A stretch of 28,707 nucleotides of DNA from a virus (lineage: Duplodnaviria > Heunggongvirae > Uroviricota > Caudoviricetes), in the IMG/VR virus record IMGVR_UViG_2778261009_000004, one strand, 5' to 3'. The position numbers and the translations under genes were made by a program. Within the stretch, counting starts at the first letter, position 1. Every line of letters begins with the position of its first letter. Under the pieces are notes generated by a model. That model was given only the letters and a program-made list of their open reading frames with translations, was not told the DNA's origin and made no database searches. Shown in pieces: positions 1-12,247 of the stretch.

Positions 1-148
1 CGTTCAGATCATCACTGCCGGGGACGTTCGTCGAGGCATGAAGATACCCCGCGCTCAGCGTGGACTGATGTTCAGACGCCCATGCAGGCGCACCGGATAC
101 GGCCAGACAAATGGCTGCGGACAAAATGGCGGCATAAAGTTTACGCAT
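1..148 (-). CDS. lom: Outer membrane protein Lom, N-terminal part (gene runs off the left edge of the window)
   Basis: Own translation of the minus strand from ATG at 148..146 gives MRKLYAAILSAAICLAVSGAPAWASEHQSTLSAGYLHASTNVPGSDDLN, a signal peptide plus mature N-terminus matching lambda Lom as remembered. RBS GAGAGG lies just upstream. Position directly after J is as in lambda. Confidence 0.85.
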   Translation of the reverse strand, partial: MRKLYAAILSAAICLAVSGAPAWASEHQSTLSAGYLHASTNVPGSDDLN

Positions 149-172
149 AATTACCTCTCGCTTTTCTGCAAT

Positions 173-196
173 AAAAAAGGCGTCATTTCTGACGCC
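173..196 (-). terminator. Putative intrinsic terminator between J and lom
   Basis: Minus-strand hairpin GGCGTCA-GAAA-TGACGCC followed by TTTTTT, between the J stop (215-217) and the lom start (148). Confidence 0.4.
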
Positions 197-214
197 CGTT
201 CTGGGTTATAAAAT

Positions 215-3616
<3,402 letters not shown>

Positions 3617-3673
3617 TCACGCTCCATAAACGACAAAACCGCCCGCAGGCGGTTTCACATAAAACATTTTGCA

Positions 3674-4321
3674 TCAGCGGCCAATCACCACAACCTGACC
3701 ACCGTCCCCTTCATCTGCCGTGCTGATCTCCTGAGAAACCACACGAGACCCCACACGCATTTCACCGTACAGAACAGGCAGAACATTGCCCTGGGCAACC
3801 ATGTTATCCAGTGACGAGAAATACGTGTTCTGTTTGCCGTTATCTGTACTGGCTGCCGTGGGCGTCCTGGCTTTCGGTGCCAGCATCTGCGCCACACCAC
3901 CCAGGATCATACTGGCCCCTGCTGCATACAGACCCGATACAGCCGCGGCCCCCAGCCAGCCAACAGGGTTCCACCATGCCACCGCAATCAGCGCCGCACC
4001 CAGCACCGCCTGAAACACACCGCCACTTTTGGCACCCGCCAGACGCGGAACGACGTGGATCACGGCACCATTTGCCAGCGGTTCATTAAGACGGGCAGAT
4101 AATTCATTTTCGCCTGCATCACGCCCGGAAATGCGCACCTGATACCAGCCCTCATTCAGTTTCTGGCGAAACGACGGAAGCTGTGTGGCCAGCGCCCGGA
4201 TGGCTTCGGCCCCCGTTTTCACACGAAGGTCGATGCGGCGGCCAAATCGTTGTAAATCCCCGTAAAGGCAGATGCGTGCCATGCCCGGTGACGCCAGAGG
4301 GAGTGTGTGCGTCGCTGCCAT
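3674..4321 (-). CDS. I: Tail tip assembly protein I
   Basis: 215-aa ORF whose N-terminus (MAATHTLPLASPGMARICLYGDLQRFGRRIDLRVKTG) and C-terminus (SQEISTADEGDGGQVVVIGR) match lambda I as remembered. Its 5' end overlaps the 3' end of K by about 100 nt in another frame, as in lambda. Confidence 0.9.
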   Translation of the reverse strand: MAATHTLPLASPGMARICLYGDLQRFGRRIDLRVKTGAEAIRALATQLPSFRQKLNEGWYQVRISGRDAGENELSARLNEPLANGAVIHVVPRLAGAKSGGVFQAVLGAALIAVAWWNPVGWLGAAAVSGLYAAGASMILGGVAQMLAPKARTPTAASTDNGKQNTYFSSLDNMVAQGNVLPVLYGEMRVGSRVVSQEISTADEGDGGQVVVIGR

Positions 4322-4962
4322 TTGTCGGTATACCTCTCTCGTTTGCTCAGTTGTTCAGGAATATGGTGCAGCAGCTCGCCGTCACCACAGTAAATGGCGG
4401 CATGATTCGGCACCGATGAACCAAAACAGCACAGCAGCACATCGCCCGGCTGCGCCGCTGACAACGGCACCTGATACAGCCCTGTGGCCTCCAGATTATC
4501 CAGATAGAGATTCTGACCGTGACGCCACCAGTCATCCTCGCGATGAAAATCCGGCATCTCAATCCCCGCCAGATGGTAAGCATCCCGGAACAGCGTGTAA
4601 CAGTCCGTCACCCCGTGCTCAAAGCGCCGCCCGGTAAGATGTGGCACACAGCGGAACTTGTGAATCGCCCCCCGGCAGACCAGCCACCACGGCAAATCAC
4701 TCTGCACCTGCAGCCGCCGGTCGGCCTCACTCAGCCAGGGCAGACCACCGGGGTGGCTGTGGACCAGTGCCACAATCTCACCCTGCATCTCTGCCTGCAG
4801 CCAGTCCTCCGGAGCCATCCGGAAATAATCCTCCGGCTCACCGGAAATATTCACGCAGGGAAAATATCTTTCCCCCTCCGGCGCCCTCACCACGAAGCCG
4901 CACGACTCCGCTGGCGCACATCGCCGGGCGTGCGCCAGAATCGCTGATTCTGTCTCTGTCAT
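4219..4962 (-). CDS. K: Tail tip assembly protein K (JAB/MPN metallo-protease motif plus NlpC/P60-like domain)
   Basis: 247-aa ORF with HSHPGG...SEAD (JAMM-like) motif; located between L and I. Classical lambda K annotation is shorter (about 199 aa, from memory), which would correspond to a start near 4818. The longer ORF fills the gap back to L. Confidence 0.85.
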   Translation of the reverse strand: MTETESAILAHARRCAPAESCGFVVRAPEGERYFPCVNISGEPEDYFRMAPEDWLQAEMQGEIVALVHSHPGGLPWLSEADRRLQVQSDLPWWLVCRGAIHKFRCVPHLTGRRFEHGVTDCYTLFRDAYHLAGIEMPDFHREDDWWRHGQNLYLDNLEATGLYQVPLSAAQPGDVLLCCFGSSVPNHAAIYCGDGELLHHIPEQLSKRERYTDKWQRRTHSLWRHRAWHASAFTGIYNDLAAASTFV

Positions 4963-4967
4963 GGGAT

Positions 4968-5666
4968 TTACTGCGAAAGTTTGTTAATGGAAAGGAAGCC
5001 GCCAAAGTTGCCGACGTTATTGCGAAACTTACAGCCGCTCAGGCATTTGCTGCATTTATCCTTCGTGATATCGGACGTCGGCTGGTCATATTCATCCGCG
5101 ACCGCCGGACCGCTATAACCGCACTCATCGCCGCGATAGGTCCAGGTGCAGGTGTTGGCCAGCATGATACACCCCGGAAAAACAGAGCCATCCGTTTCAG
5201 TCGGTGTGGACAGTACAAAAGAGACACTGACCGCGCTCAGTTCGCTGCACTGCTCGATGCGCCAGCGGCTGATCACCTCCTGCTCCGGATCGGCTTCGCT
5301 GTTTCCGTTGACGAAGTTCACCGCATCCAGAAAACGGGCGTAAACCTTACGCCTGACCACCGTTCCGCCGACCAGACTCTGCAGGTCTTCCGCCATCCCG
5401 GTGACCATGCCGTGCAGGTTAGAGACCGTCAGTGTCGGACGGGCAGCACTGCCCTTACCGTTCAGTTCAAATCCCGTCCCCTGAATGGGATACGGCTGAT
5501 ACTGCCACCCCTGCCAGGTGACCGGCTCACCTTTTTCGTTCTGCTCATTACAGAAAAAATAACGTTCACCACCGACCTCTGTCAGATCGATTTCCCAGAG
5601 CACCACCTGGGCTGACTGAGTGAGGCGTGTCGTCTCATGATGTGTTTCCTGTGGAATATCCTGCAT
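4968..5666 (-). CDS. L: Tail tip assembly protein L
   Basis: 232-aa ORF, same length as lambda L; MQDI...VVLWEIDLTEVGGERYFFCNE...CxxC motifs. Confidence 0.9.
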   Translation of the reverse strand: MQDIPQETHHETTRLTQSAQVVLWEIDLTEVGGERYFFCNEQNEKGEPVTWQGWQYQPYPIQGTGFELNGKGSAARPTLTVSNLHGMVTGMAEDLQSLVGGTVVRRKVYARFLDAVNFVNGNSEADPEQEVISRWRIEQCSELSAVSVSFVLSTPTETDGSVFPGCIMLANTCTWTYRGDECGYSGPAVADEYDQPTSDITKDKCSKCLSGCKFRNNVGNFGGFLSINKLSQ

Positions 5667-5675
5667 CAGAGCCTC

Positions 5676-6005
5676 CTATGCCACGACCTGTTCAAAATCT
5701 GCCGTTATGGTTACCCACAGCGCCCCTACGCTTGCCGACCATTTACGACAAACCACCCTGATCGGCTTCCAGTCATAAGGTGGCGTCCACTGAAATGCGC
5801 GGACGCCACCGTGCCGTTCCAGAAAGGCTTTTAAAGATGGGTGTTCACATTTACGAACACGTATCGTCACGCTGTAAGTCGACAACTGGTTATTCAGTCC
5901 CGCCGCACGACGCTGTTCATAACCATCGCCCAGCTTCACTGTCACCACTTTCGGCTCTGATACCACATTCATATCCGGGCGCACTTTCCAGTGAAACGTC
6001 TCCAT
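5676..6005 (-). CDS. M: Tail tip protein M
   Basis: 109-aa ORF, same length as lambda M; FxWKV N-terminus and FEQVV C-terminus. Start overlaps the H stop by 1 nt. Confidence 0.9.
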   Translation of the reverse strand: METFHWKVRPDMNVVSEPKVVTVKLGDGYEQRRAAGLNNQLSTYSVTIRVRKCEHPSLKAFLERHGGVRAFQWTPPYDWKPIRVVCRKWSASVGALWVTITADFEQVVA

Positions 6006-9000
6006 TACCGATATGCTCCACTTAACCGACCACCATCACGGGCCTGCTGTTGCATAAAGTCCGCTGCCGCTTTTTTCCCAAGGTCATAAACCACCTTCAG
6101 GGCAGCCGGACCTATCTGCCCGTTCGTGCCATCGTTATTGATCTCGATGTTGTACTGCGGGGCAAACATCGCCATACCTGAACCACCAATATCCGCCACA
6201 ACCCCCAGCTTACCGTCAGCACCACGACGCAGAGGCAGAATGGCTTCAGGTCCCGCTTCACCCATCACACCCGCGCCTTTTGCAAAAGCAAAAAACGTCG
6301 GACGGTTAACCACCGTGCCACTGTAACGACTCAAATCAGCAGACTGATAAATCCCCCCATTGGCATTCAGGGAAAGGCTGCTGAGATCAAATCCCAGTAC
6401 ACTGCCAATCCCTTTTATCGATTTCATCATGGTTGCCTGCGCCAGGATTTTCGCCATATCTGACAGCACAGAAGAGGTGAAGGATTTGAAATTGAGTTTG
6501 CCGGTAGTGACAAAAGTTGCCAGGCCATTTCCCATGTTGCTGAAGGCTGACGAGAACACCTGTTCTGCTGTTCCTGCCGTATTATCTGCATCCACGGTAA
6601 AATCCTGAAATGCACGCAGGACTCCGTTTTTCCAGTTACCCTGCACAACTTCAAGCTGTTGCCAGTAACGGCGATTCTCATTCAGTTGTCGGTTCAGGCT
6701 CTCCGTCAGCGCCTGCTCGGCCTTTCTGTAGTCATCCGTGTTATATGTCCCTTTCTGCTCACTATCCCGCCTCAACTGCTCCAGCTGTTGCTGGTATTTC
6801 TGGCGAAGACTCAGTTGTACCTGATATCGCTGCCGCTGCTGATCACCCATACCCACCGTGGCGATATCCAGGTCATGTTGCTGACGCTGAGCGCGCTCTT
6901 CTTCAGCCAGTTGACTGGTCAGCTGAATTGTTTTTTTCTTCAGATCGTTGAGTGCCGTCTGTTTCTGAAGCTCCTGCTGTTTTACATCCAGCAGCGTCAG
7001 TGCCTGAATCAGTTCATCTTTACGGGCCAGCACACTCTTTTCATCTGCCGTCAGTTTTTTCCCGTCCAGATCGCTGATGCGCTGCTGCAGAGCCAGAAGC
7101 TGTTTATGCGCTTCTGTCATCTTTTCAGTGGCAATGCCTGCTGACTGTCTTGCAGCAGCAATCTGTCCTTCCACCTGTGCCTGTTGCTGACTGTACTGCA
7201 GCAATAACCGGGTGGCCTCATCATTACGGGTTTCGCGTGTTTTTTTCTTACCGGATGCCAGGGCTTTCTCGTAACGTTCATTTTCACGTTGTATCGCTGC
7301 ATCCCTGACAGCCTGATCGGCGTACTGCATGGAATTAATACGCGCAATTTCACGCTGATGTCGTGCTGCTTCCGTTTCATTCATCCGGTTCAGTGCAGCA
7401 TTTTCAGCATTACGTCGTTTCTGTTGCTCCTGATAATTCCGCTCTGCCTGCTCTTTTGCATCCTGCAAATCCTTCTTGCGTTTTTTCTCCTGAAGCTCGT
7501 TAAGACGCTGCTGATCGTACTCAACCTGAGAAGATGATGCCGTCCAGGGGAGTCTTTTCGCCCGCGACACTTTCTCCTGTAAAGCGGAAATCTGTTCATC
7601 CAGCGAGTCTTCACGACCAATATTCATGGCCGCATCCCAGAAACGACTCCATAAATCAGACAGATACTTCAGCGTACTGCCCAGCGCATTGAGGTTATTA
7701 TCAATATCCGCAGTACGCCGACCGGTTTCCTCTGCCAGTGCAGACATGGCTATCCGTGCCGCATCACTGGACCGCCCCTGTTCCCCAAGGACGCGTATCT
7801 GCTCAAGCTGAGTGGCAGTAAGAAAATGCAGCTCATTGTCCAGAGCCTTCGCGGCATTTACAGGATCATCCTTCAGCCGCTTAAACTGATTTATGGTATC
7901 GCTGACCGACTGGCCAACCGATCGCTCCATCTGTGCGGCAGCTCTCGCCACCATACCGATATCGTTTCCACGAAATGCACCACTCCCCACCACCTGAGCC
8001 AGCGCACCGGCTGCAGCATGTTGCGTAATACCATTCCCGGAAATAGCACGACTGAGCGTCCACAGCTGCCCGGCAGTGACTCCGGCATAATGCCCCGTCA
8101 GCGACAACTGGCGGTTAAATTCTTCCCCCTCCTTCTGACCATCATACCAGGCTTTACCCAGACCATAGACGGCCGCGGCAATACCGCCAATAACCCCGCC
8201 CAGCATCATGCCTTTCGGTGACATCAGTGTGTCTATCCATCCGGCACGGTTAGCCAGCGTTATCCCGGATCCCCTCAGCGCATCTAAATTGCCGCGAGCC
8301 AGTTCACCTATCAGAACGCCTATCTCCTGGCGGGCCGCTGCACTTTTCAGACCCAGCGAATGCGTGGCTTTTCCTGCCTGCTCCATTTTGCGGATATACA
8401 CTTCTGCAGCACTGCTTACCCCCAGCTGGGCAGGCTTAGCACGAAGCAACTCAGAAGAAGAAAGATTCTGGCGGGTTGCCTGCTCTTTAAGCTGACGGAT
8501 AAACGCCACTTTCTGTCGGGTAGCCTCTGCCTCAGCCTGCGTAAGAACACCGGTTTTCGCCGTAACCTCAGAAATCAGCGCCAGATAATCCTGCTGACCA
8601 ATCCCGCCACTGTTTCTGGCCTGTCGGATCTGCTGCTGAATACGCTGTAATTCCTGCAGTCCCGCACTGGCCTGTTTCACACTGTCAATCTGACGATAAA
8701 ACGCGGCAGCCGCTTTATCCTGAGCCTCCGCCAGAGCCATGGCCTGCGCCTGTTCCTCGCGCATTTTCTGGCTCAGTGCCTCCATACGCTGGCGGGTTTG
8801 CTCCACCTCGCGGGCCATGCGTTCATGAGCCTGTGCGCTCTTCTCCACCGTCTGCGCATGGACGGATGCGGCTGTTGCAGCCGAAGAAGCCGCCTGCATT
8901 GTCTGCCGGGCGGCCTGAGTCTGACGCTCCATAAAACGCTGCATACGGGCAGAAGACCGTTCTGCATCGCTGGCTGCACCATTCAGAAGGTTTTTGATAC

Positions 9001-9070
9001 GGGGAATTTCATTTTTAAACTCTGCCGCATCAATCCCCAAATCAATGACCAGGTTGGCTATCTGGTCCAT
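6005..9070 (-). CDS. H: Tail tape measure protein (H-like)
   Basis: C-terminus INNDGTNGQIGPAALKVVYDLGKK...DGGRLSGAYR matches the lambda H C-terminus as remembered. Long coiled-coil, Q/A/E-rich centre and a Gly-rich hydrophobic segment. The track ORF begins at a TTG (9100); the first ATG (9070, MDQIANLVIDL...) has SD GGAGGTG 7 nt upstream and is the likelier start. About 1021 aa, versus about 853 aa for lambda H. Confidence 0.9.
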   Translation of the reverse strand: MDQIANLVIDLGIDAAEFKNEIPRIKNLLNGAASDAERSSARMQRFMERQTQAARQTMQAASSAATAASVHAQTVEKSAQAHERMAREVEQTRQRMEALSQKMREEQAQAMALAEAQDKAAAAFYRQIDSVKQASAGLQELQRIQQQIRQARNSGGIGQQDYLALISEVTAKTGVLTQAEAEATRQKVAFIRQLKEQATRQNLSSSELLRAKPAQLGVSSAAEVYIRKMEQAGKATHSLGLKSAAARQEIGVLIGELARGNLDALRGSGITLANRAGWIDTLMSPKGMMLGGVIGGIAAAVYGLGKAWYDGQKEGEEFNRQLSLTGHYAGVTAGQLWTLSRAISGNGITQHAAAGALAQVVGSGAFRGNDIGMVARAAAQMERSVGQSVSDTINQFKRLKDDPVNAAKALDNELHFLTATQLEQIRVLGEQGRSSDAARIAMSALAEETGRRTADIDNNLNALGSTLKYLSDLWSRFWDAAMNIGREDSLDEQISALQEKVSRAKRLPWTASSSQVEYDQQRLNELQEKKRKKDLQDAKEQAERNYQEQQKRRNAENAALNRMNETEAARHQREIARINSMQYADQAVRDAAIQRENERYEKALASGKKKTRETRNDEATRLLLQYSQQQAQVEGQIAAARQSAGIATEKMTEAHKQLLALQQRISDLDGKKLTADEKSVLARKDELIQALTLLDVKQQELQKQTALNDLKKKTIQLTSQLAEEERAQRQQHDLDIATVGMGDQQRQRYQVQLSLRQKYQQQLEQLRRDSEQKGTYNTDDYRKAEQALTESLNRQLNENRRYWQQLEVVQGNWKNGVLRAFQDFTVDADNTAGTAEQVFSSAFSNMGNGLATFVTTGKLNFKSFTSSVLSDMAKILAQATMMKSIKGIGSVLGFDLSSLSLNANGGIYQSADLSRYSGTVVNRPTFFAFAKGAGVMGEAGPEAILPLRRGADGKLGVVADIGGSGMAMFAPQYNIEINNDGTNGQIGPAALKVVYDLGKKAAADFMQQQARDGGRLSGAYR

Positions 9071-9769
9071 AACGCACACCTCCGGAAATACCTTCCCCAA
9101 GATGCATCAGTTCTTCGTCCGTTCGCTCCGGTATCCCGTTCTCTTCCGGTAAAAGGCTGAAATCAGCCACCGCAGCATCACTGCTACCGGACACCATTCT
9201 CACGATCAATGCCTTCAGCGAGGCAAACTGCGCATCCATCCACACATCACTGAAGCTCTGCATCCGGAAATAATCGCCCCACTCACCAAGCTCAGTGGCC
9301 GACATTTCCGACAGCATCCGCCGCCAGTCTGCCCGCCGGAACTCCCGGGCAAGCCGCATGACAAACTGCATTTCCCGCGTCAGGACTTTTCCGGCGTCAG
9401 CACCTCATGCTCCAAATCCCCGGCATTCTCAATGACTCCCATACCGCTCAGCGACAGAACCATCTCCGCCCCCGCTCCCAGGGCATCATACGACCATGTT
9501 GTAATAACGGATGCGCAAAGCGTCTCAACATCCTGAGACTGTTCCGCATTCCACAGTGAGCGGGAAACCAGCCAGGCATTGATATCCATCCCCATCCGCA
9601 GAAAAGCAATCTGTCGTTCAGCCTCCGGCAGTTCTCCCTCTTCGGCATCAAACTTTGCCGTTCGCTGCTGAACAAACGCCAGATATTCAATTCTCTGCAG
9701 CCCGGACAGCTCACTGAGCACCACGGACTGCTTTTCATAATTAAACGTGCCCTGTTTCAGAAACATCAT
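9042..9769 (-). CDS. T: Tail assembly chaperone G-T fusion made by programmed -1 ribosomal frameshift (T segment is 9042..about 9404 in the -1 frame)
   Basis: The ORF at 9042..9371 is in the -1 frame relative to G and stays open upstream to 9404, overlapping the last 8 codons of G. The G-frame sequence just before its stop is CTG ACG CCG GAA AAG TCC TGA, with GGAAAAG at the position of the lambda G GGA AAG slip site. Confidence 0.6.
9380..9769 (-). CDS. G: Tail assembly chaperone G
   Basis: Lambda G-like N-terminus MMFLKQG...LSELSGLQRIEYL from ATG 9769 with SD GGTGGAG. The track ORF start at 9808 would encode the terminator hairpin and is probably an artefactual extension. Confidence 0.85.
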   Translation of the reverse strand: MMFLKQGTFNYEKQSVVLSELSGLQRIEYLAFVQQRTAKFDAEEGELPEAERQIAFLRMGMDINAWLVSRSLWNAEQSQDVETLCASVITTWSYDALGAGAEMVLSLSGMGVIENAGDLEHEVLTPEKS

Positions 9770-9782
9770 GTTCTCCACCTGC

Positions 9783-9806
9783 AAAAAAGCCCCGGATAAC
9801 CGGGGC
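9783..9806 (-). terminator. Intrinsic terminator / attenuator directly downstream of major tail gene V
   Basis: Minus strand: perfect 7-bp stem GCCCCGG-TTAT-CCGGGGC followed by TTTTTT, 20 nt after the V stop and just before the G SD. Confidence 0.55.
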
Positions 9807-9826
9807 AAATGATGAGTATCGTCCTG

Positions 9827-10576
9827 TTAACCTGCGGCGCTGACAGCCACCGCAGCCACTGCCACAAAATCGCCGTCAGAAGTCATGCCCACAATGCTGA
9901 CACTGCCCTGCTTCACGCCTTTCACCGTGGCCACAAGCCCGTTCAGGGTCACCGTGGCAGTCTGTGGATCTGTCGAATGCACACTGATCGCTTTGTCACT
10001 GGCTCCGTCAGGTTTTACTGTAAAGGTCAGCGTGGTGGTTGCTCCCACTTTTACACTGGCAGATGCCGGTGCCACCGTCAGCCCGGTAACGCTCACTGTT
10101 TCAGTGCCTTCCTCTGCCAGATACGGACGCCCCACACCGCTGATTTTCACTGTGCGGGTCATCACGTCTTTTGAGGCAATGGTTTTACCCAGTGAGCTCA
10201 GCCAGCCACGGAAAACATCAACAGTGCCGTTGGGATATTTGATACGAAACGCGCAGACTTCACCGGAGTCGAACAACTGAACCAGTTTTTTCTGCCCGCT
10301 GTCACCCGGACGCCAGGCCAGCGTCGCCGAAGTATCACCGACGGATTTCTGCCCCTGGGTTGTCGTTTTCCAGTCTGCATCTTCATCATCGAGATAAGTG
10401 TCATCTTCTGCATCAGCGGTCATTTCGCCAGGTTGCAGATCCTTCACCATCGCAAGACGCAGCCAGTCAGTGTCCGATAAAGGGTTCGCAAACGCATCGC
10501 CCTTGCCGGTGTACATCCAGAACGTCGTTCCCGCACCTTTCGTTTTTGCCAGTGGATTTGGTGTGGTCATTGCCAC
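9827..10576 (-). CDS. V: Major tail protein V with C-terminal Ig-like (Big_2-type) domain
   Basis: 249-aa ORF in the V position (lambda V is about 246 aa); C-terminal ...VTGLTVAPASASVKVGATTTLTFTVKP... Ig-like repeat. Confidence 0.9.
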   Translation of the reverse strand: MAMTTPNPLAKTKGAGTTFWMYTGKGDAFANPLSDTDWLRLAMVKDLQPGEMTADAEDDTYLDDEDADWKTTTQGQKSVGDTSATLAWRPGDSGQKKLVQLFDSGEVCAFRIKYPNGTVDVFRGWLSSLGKTIASKDVMTRTVKISGVGRPYLAEEGTETVSVTGLTVAPASASVKVGATTTLTFTVKPDGASDKAISVHSTDPQTATVTLNGLVATVKGVKQGSVSIVGMTSDGDFVAVAAVAVSAAG

Positions 10577-10581
10577 CTCCT

Positions 10582-10995
10582 TTAATTCGTGTACGTGATC
10601 TGGTACGTGATTTCCGCCATCGCCCAGGTGGCCATCTCATTATCACGTTGATAGTTAAAACCGAGAGGGAGCAGGGTGTCGATGAGTCCGGAAAGTGCCG
10701 GTATATCATTCAGGGCCGGGAAAATGGTGCTCTCCATCCACATATCCAGCTCTGAATCCGGTGCCTGTGCCCGGATGAAGACAGCAATATGCAGAACAGC
10801 CTGCCAGTCATCTTCATCCGTCATTTTTCCGGTGTACTGAGCATCACTCAGCCACACCGCCACGGCAGGCAGTTCCTGCGCATCAATAAATGCCGGAAGC
10901 CCGTCAAAAAACGTGGCGCTGTCTCCACACTGTTCCCGAAGGCGTGCCAGTACGGCCTGGCGGATTTGTGTATGTCGGTTCATCGGGTCAGCCAT
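10582..10995 (-). CDS. U: Tail terminator protein U
   Basis: 137-aa ORF with ATFFDG...PAVAVWL...DSELDMWMES motif similar to lambda U. An alternative ATG at 10983 overlaps the Z stop in an ATGA arrangement. Confidence 0.85.
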   Translation of the reverse strand: MADPMNRHTQIRQAVLARLREQCGDSATFFDGLPAFIDAQELPAVAVWLSDAQYTGKMTDEDDWQAVLHIAVFIRAQAPDSELDMWMESTIFPALNDIPALSGLIDTLLPLGFNYQRDNEMATWAMAEITYQITYTN

Positions 10996-11558
10996 AACCT
11001 CAGTTGTTGTTTCAGTGCATACCCCAGCTGTTTCGGCATTTCCGCAGCAATAATGCGGTCGCGGGCATCTTCAAATGCCTGTGTCAGCGGTCCGGACAGC
11101 GGGACTTTCACCACATCAATGGGGTAACGATTTTTGCCATCAATACGCCGCATCACATGCCAGCGACCATTCGCCAGTTGCTGAATAAACGCATCCCGGA
11201 AAAGATATTTACCCACCTTCAGCACACTGCCACGGTACTGCAGTTTTCCACCACGCCGGGCCAGTCTGACCCGGGCTGTCCCCAGCTTAATAGCGGGCAG
11301 ATTGCCCCGGTTAACGCGGATCCTGGCCGTCATTTTTCCTGACGGACTGGCTTTAAACACCCGGACACGCTGACGTACCAGTTTCAGGGGGATCCCTTTC
11401 ACCTGGTTATCTCCCGCAACGGTATTCCCGGCAACCTGCCGGGTGGCGACCGAGACCGCTTTCTGTGCCACACGGTTTATCGCCCATGCGCTGGCCTGTG
11501 GCACCATACGGGTATCAAGGCTGTTCAGATTACGGATGGCATTCTCAAGCCCCTTCAT
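10980..11558 (-). CDS. Z: Tail completion protein Z
   Basis: 192-aa ORF, same length as lambda Z; position between FII-like and U. Confidence 0.85.
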   Translation of the reverse strand: MKGLENAIRNLNSLDTRMVPQASAWAINRVAQKAVSVATRQVAGNTVAGDNQVKGIPLKLVRQRVRVFKASPSGKMTARIRVNRGNLPAIKLGTARVRLARRGGKLQYRGSVLKVGKYLFRDAFIQQLANGRWHVMRRIDGKNRYPIDVVKVPLSGPLTQAFEDARDRIIAAEMPKQLGYALKQQLRLWLTR

Positions 11559-11569
11559 CCCACACCTCT

Positions 11570-11845
11570 TTACTCAATAAAGATCATTGGCTTACCGTTA
11601 AAACGTTCATGCCGTGTAACCGTCCATTGTTGTCCGTCATAAACAACGCGATCCCCGCGCCGTGGGCGGTATCCCGAAGAAAACACCACCAGAGAGACCG
11701 CAGGTCCGGACAGAGCATTCAGCTCTGCCAGTGTTTCTCCCGGGATCACAGTCATATCGACATCATTAATCGAGGCTGTCTTTCCCATCTTTCTAACCGT
11801 GATAGCATCCATACGCGCTGCCAGCCGGGAAAAGGGATCAGACAT
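11570..11845 (-). CDS. Head-tail joining protein (FII-like)
   Basis: 91-aa ORF; N-terminal MSDPFSRLAARMDAI and ...RRGDRVVYDGQQWTV resemble lambda FII motifs (MADFDNLFDAAIARA ... RRGDTLTIGEENFWV, from memory). Position immediately upstream of Z. Confidence 0.6.
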   Translation of the reverse strand: MSDPFSRLAARMDAITVRKMGKTASINDVDMTVIPGETLAELNALSGPAVSLVVFSSGYRPRRGDRVVYDGQQWTVTRHERFNGKPMIFIE

Positions 11846-12161
11846 TGAGTTTTACCGGCACTTCTTCTGCACTGGTTCCGGCATCTGCCCAGACAACCCC
11901 GACCAGCGGATCAGAGCCGCTGTTAGTCAGCTGAACTTTTCCGGACTTCAGATAAACCTTCTTACCCGTTTTCATGTCATCCGTTTTCAGCTTAGGCAGC
12001 ATAAACACACCTTCGGTCATGCCGTCGCCTGTTTCACCCTGTGGAATATCGGTCAGCGCCACCGCAAAAACATCGCCCACCTGCACCAGATCTCCGCTGC
12101 TGATGGCTGCACTGGCAACAATCGCCACCGTTTTTCCTTCTTCTACAAAATTCTTTGCCAT
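11838..12161 (-). CDS. DUF2190-like small capsid-associated protein (possible decoration/cement protein)
   Basis: ATG at 12161 (MAKNFVEEGKTV...) with SD GGAGA; small beta-rich protein immediately downstream of the major capsid gene. The track ORF is extended to 12206. Confidence 0.5.
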   Translation of the reverse strand: MAKNFVEEGKTVAIVASAAISSGDLVQVGDVFAVALTDIPQGETGDGMTEGVFMLPKLKTDDMKTGKKVYLKSGKVQLTNSGSDPLVGVVWADAGTSAEEVPVKLNV

Positions 12162-12204
12162 AACTGTCTCCGCACAGCCCCGTTCAGGGGCTGATTTCAG
12201 GTAC

Positions 12205-12225
12205 AAAAAAAGCCCTTACGGGCCA
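12205..12225 (-). terminator. Putative intrinsic terminator / attenuator downstream of the major capsid gene
   Basis: Minus strand GCCC-GTAA-GGGC (GNRA loop) followed by TTTTTTT, between the capsid stop (12248) and the next start (12161). Confidence 0.4.
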
Positions 12226-12247
12226 TCAGAGTTGTTGTCTGCGACGT

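Noticed and set aside
6126-9160. Multiple plus-strand ORFs of 60-160 aa antisense to the tape measure gene
   Set aside because: All are embedded in the H-like gene, low-complexity, and without start context; antisense artefacts.
9770-9808. Upstream extension of G to the track start at 9808
   Set aside because: The extension encodes the terminator hairpin and T run and has no SD; the ATG at 9769 has SD GGTGGAG and gives a lambda G-like N-terminus.
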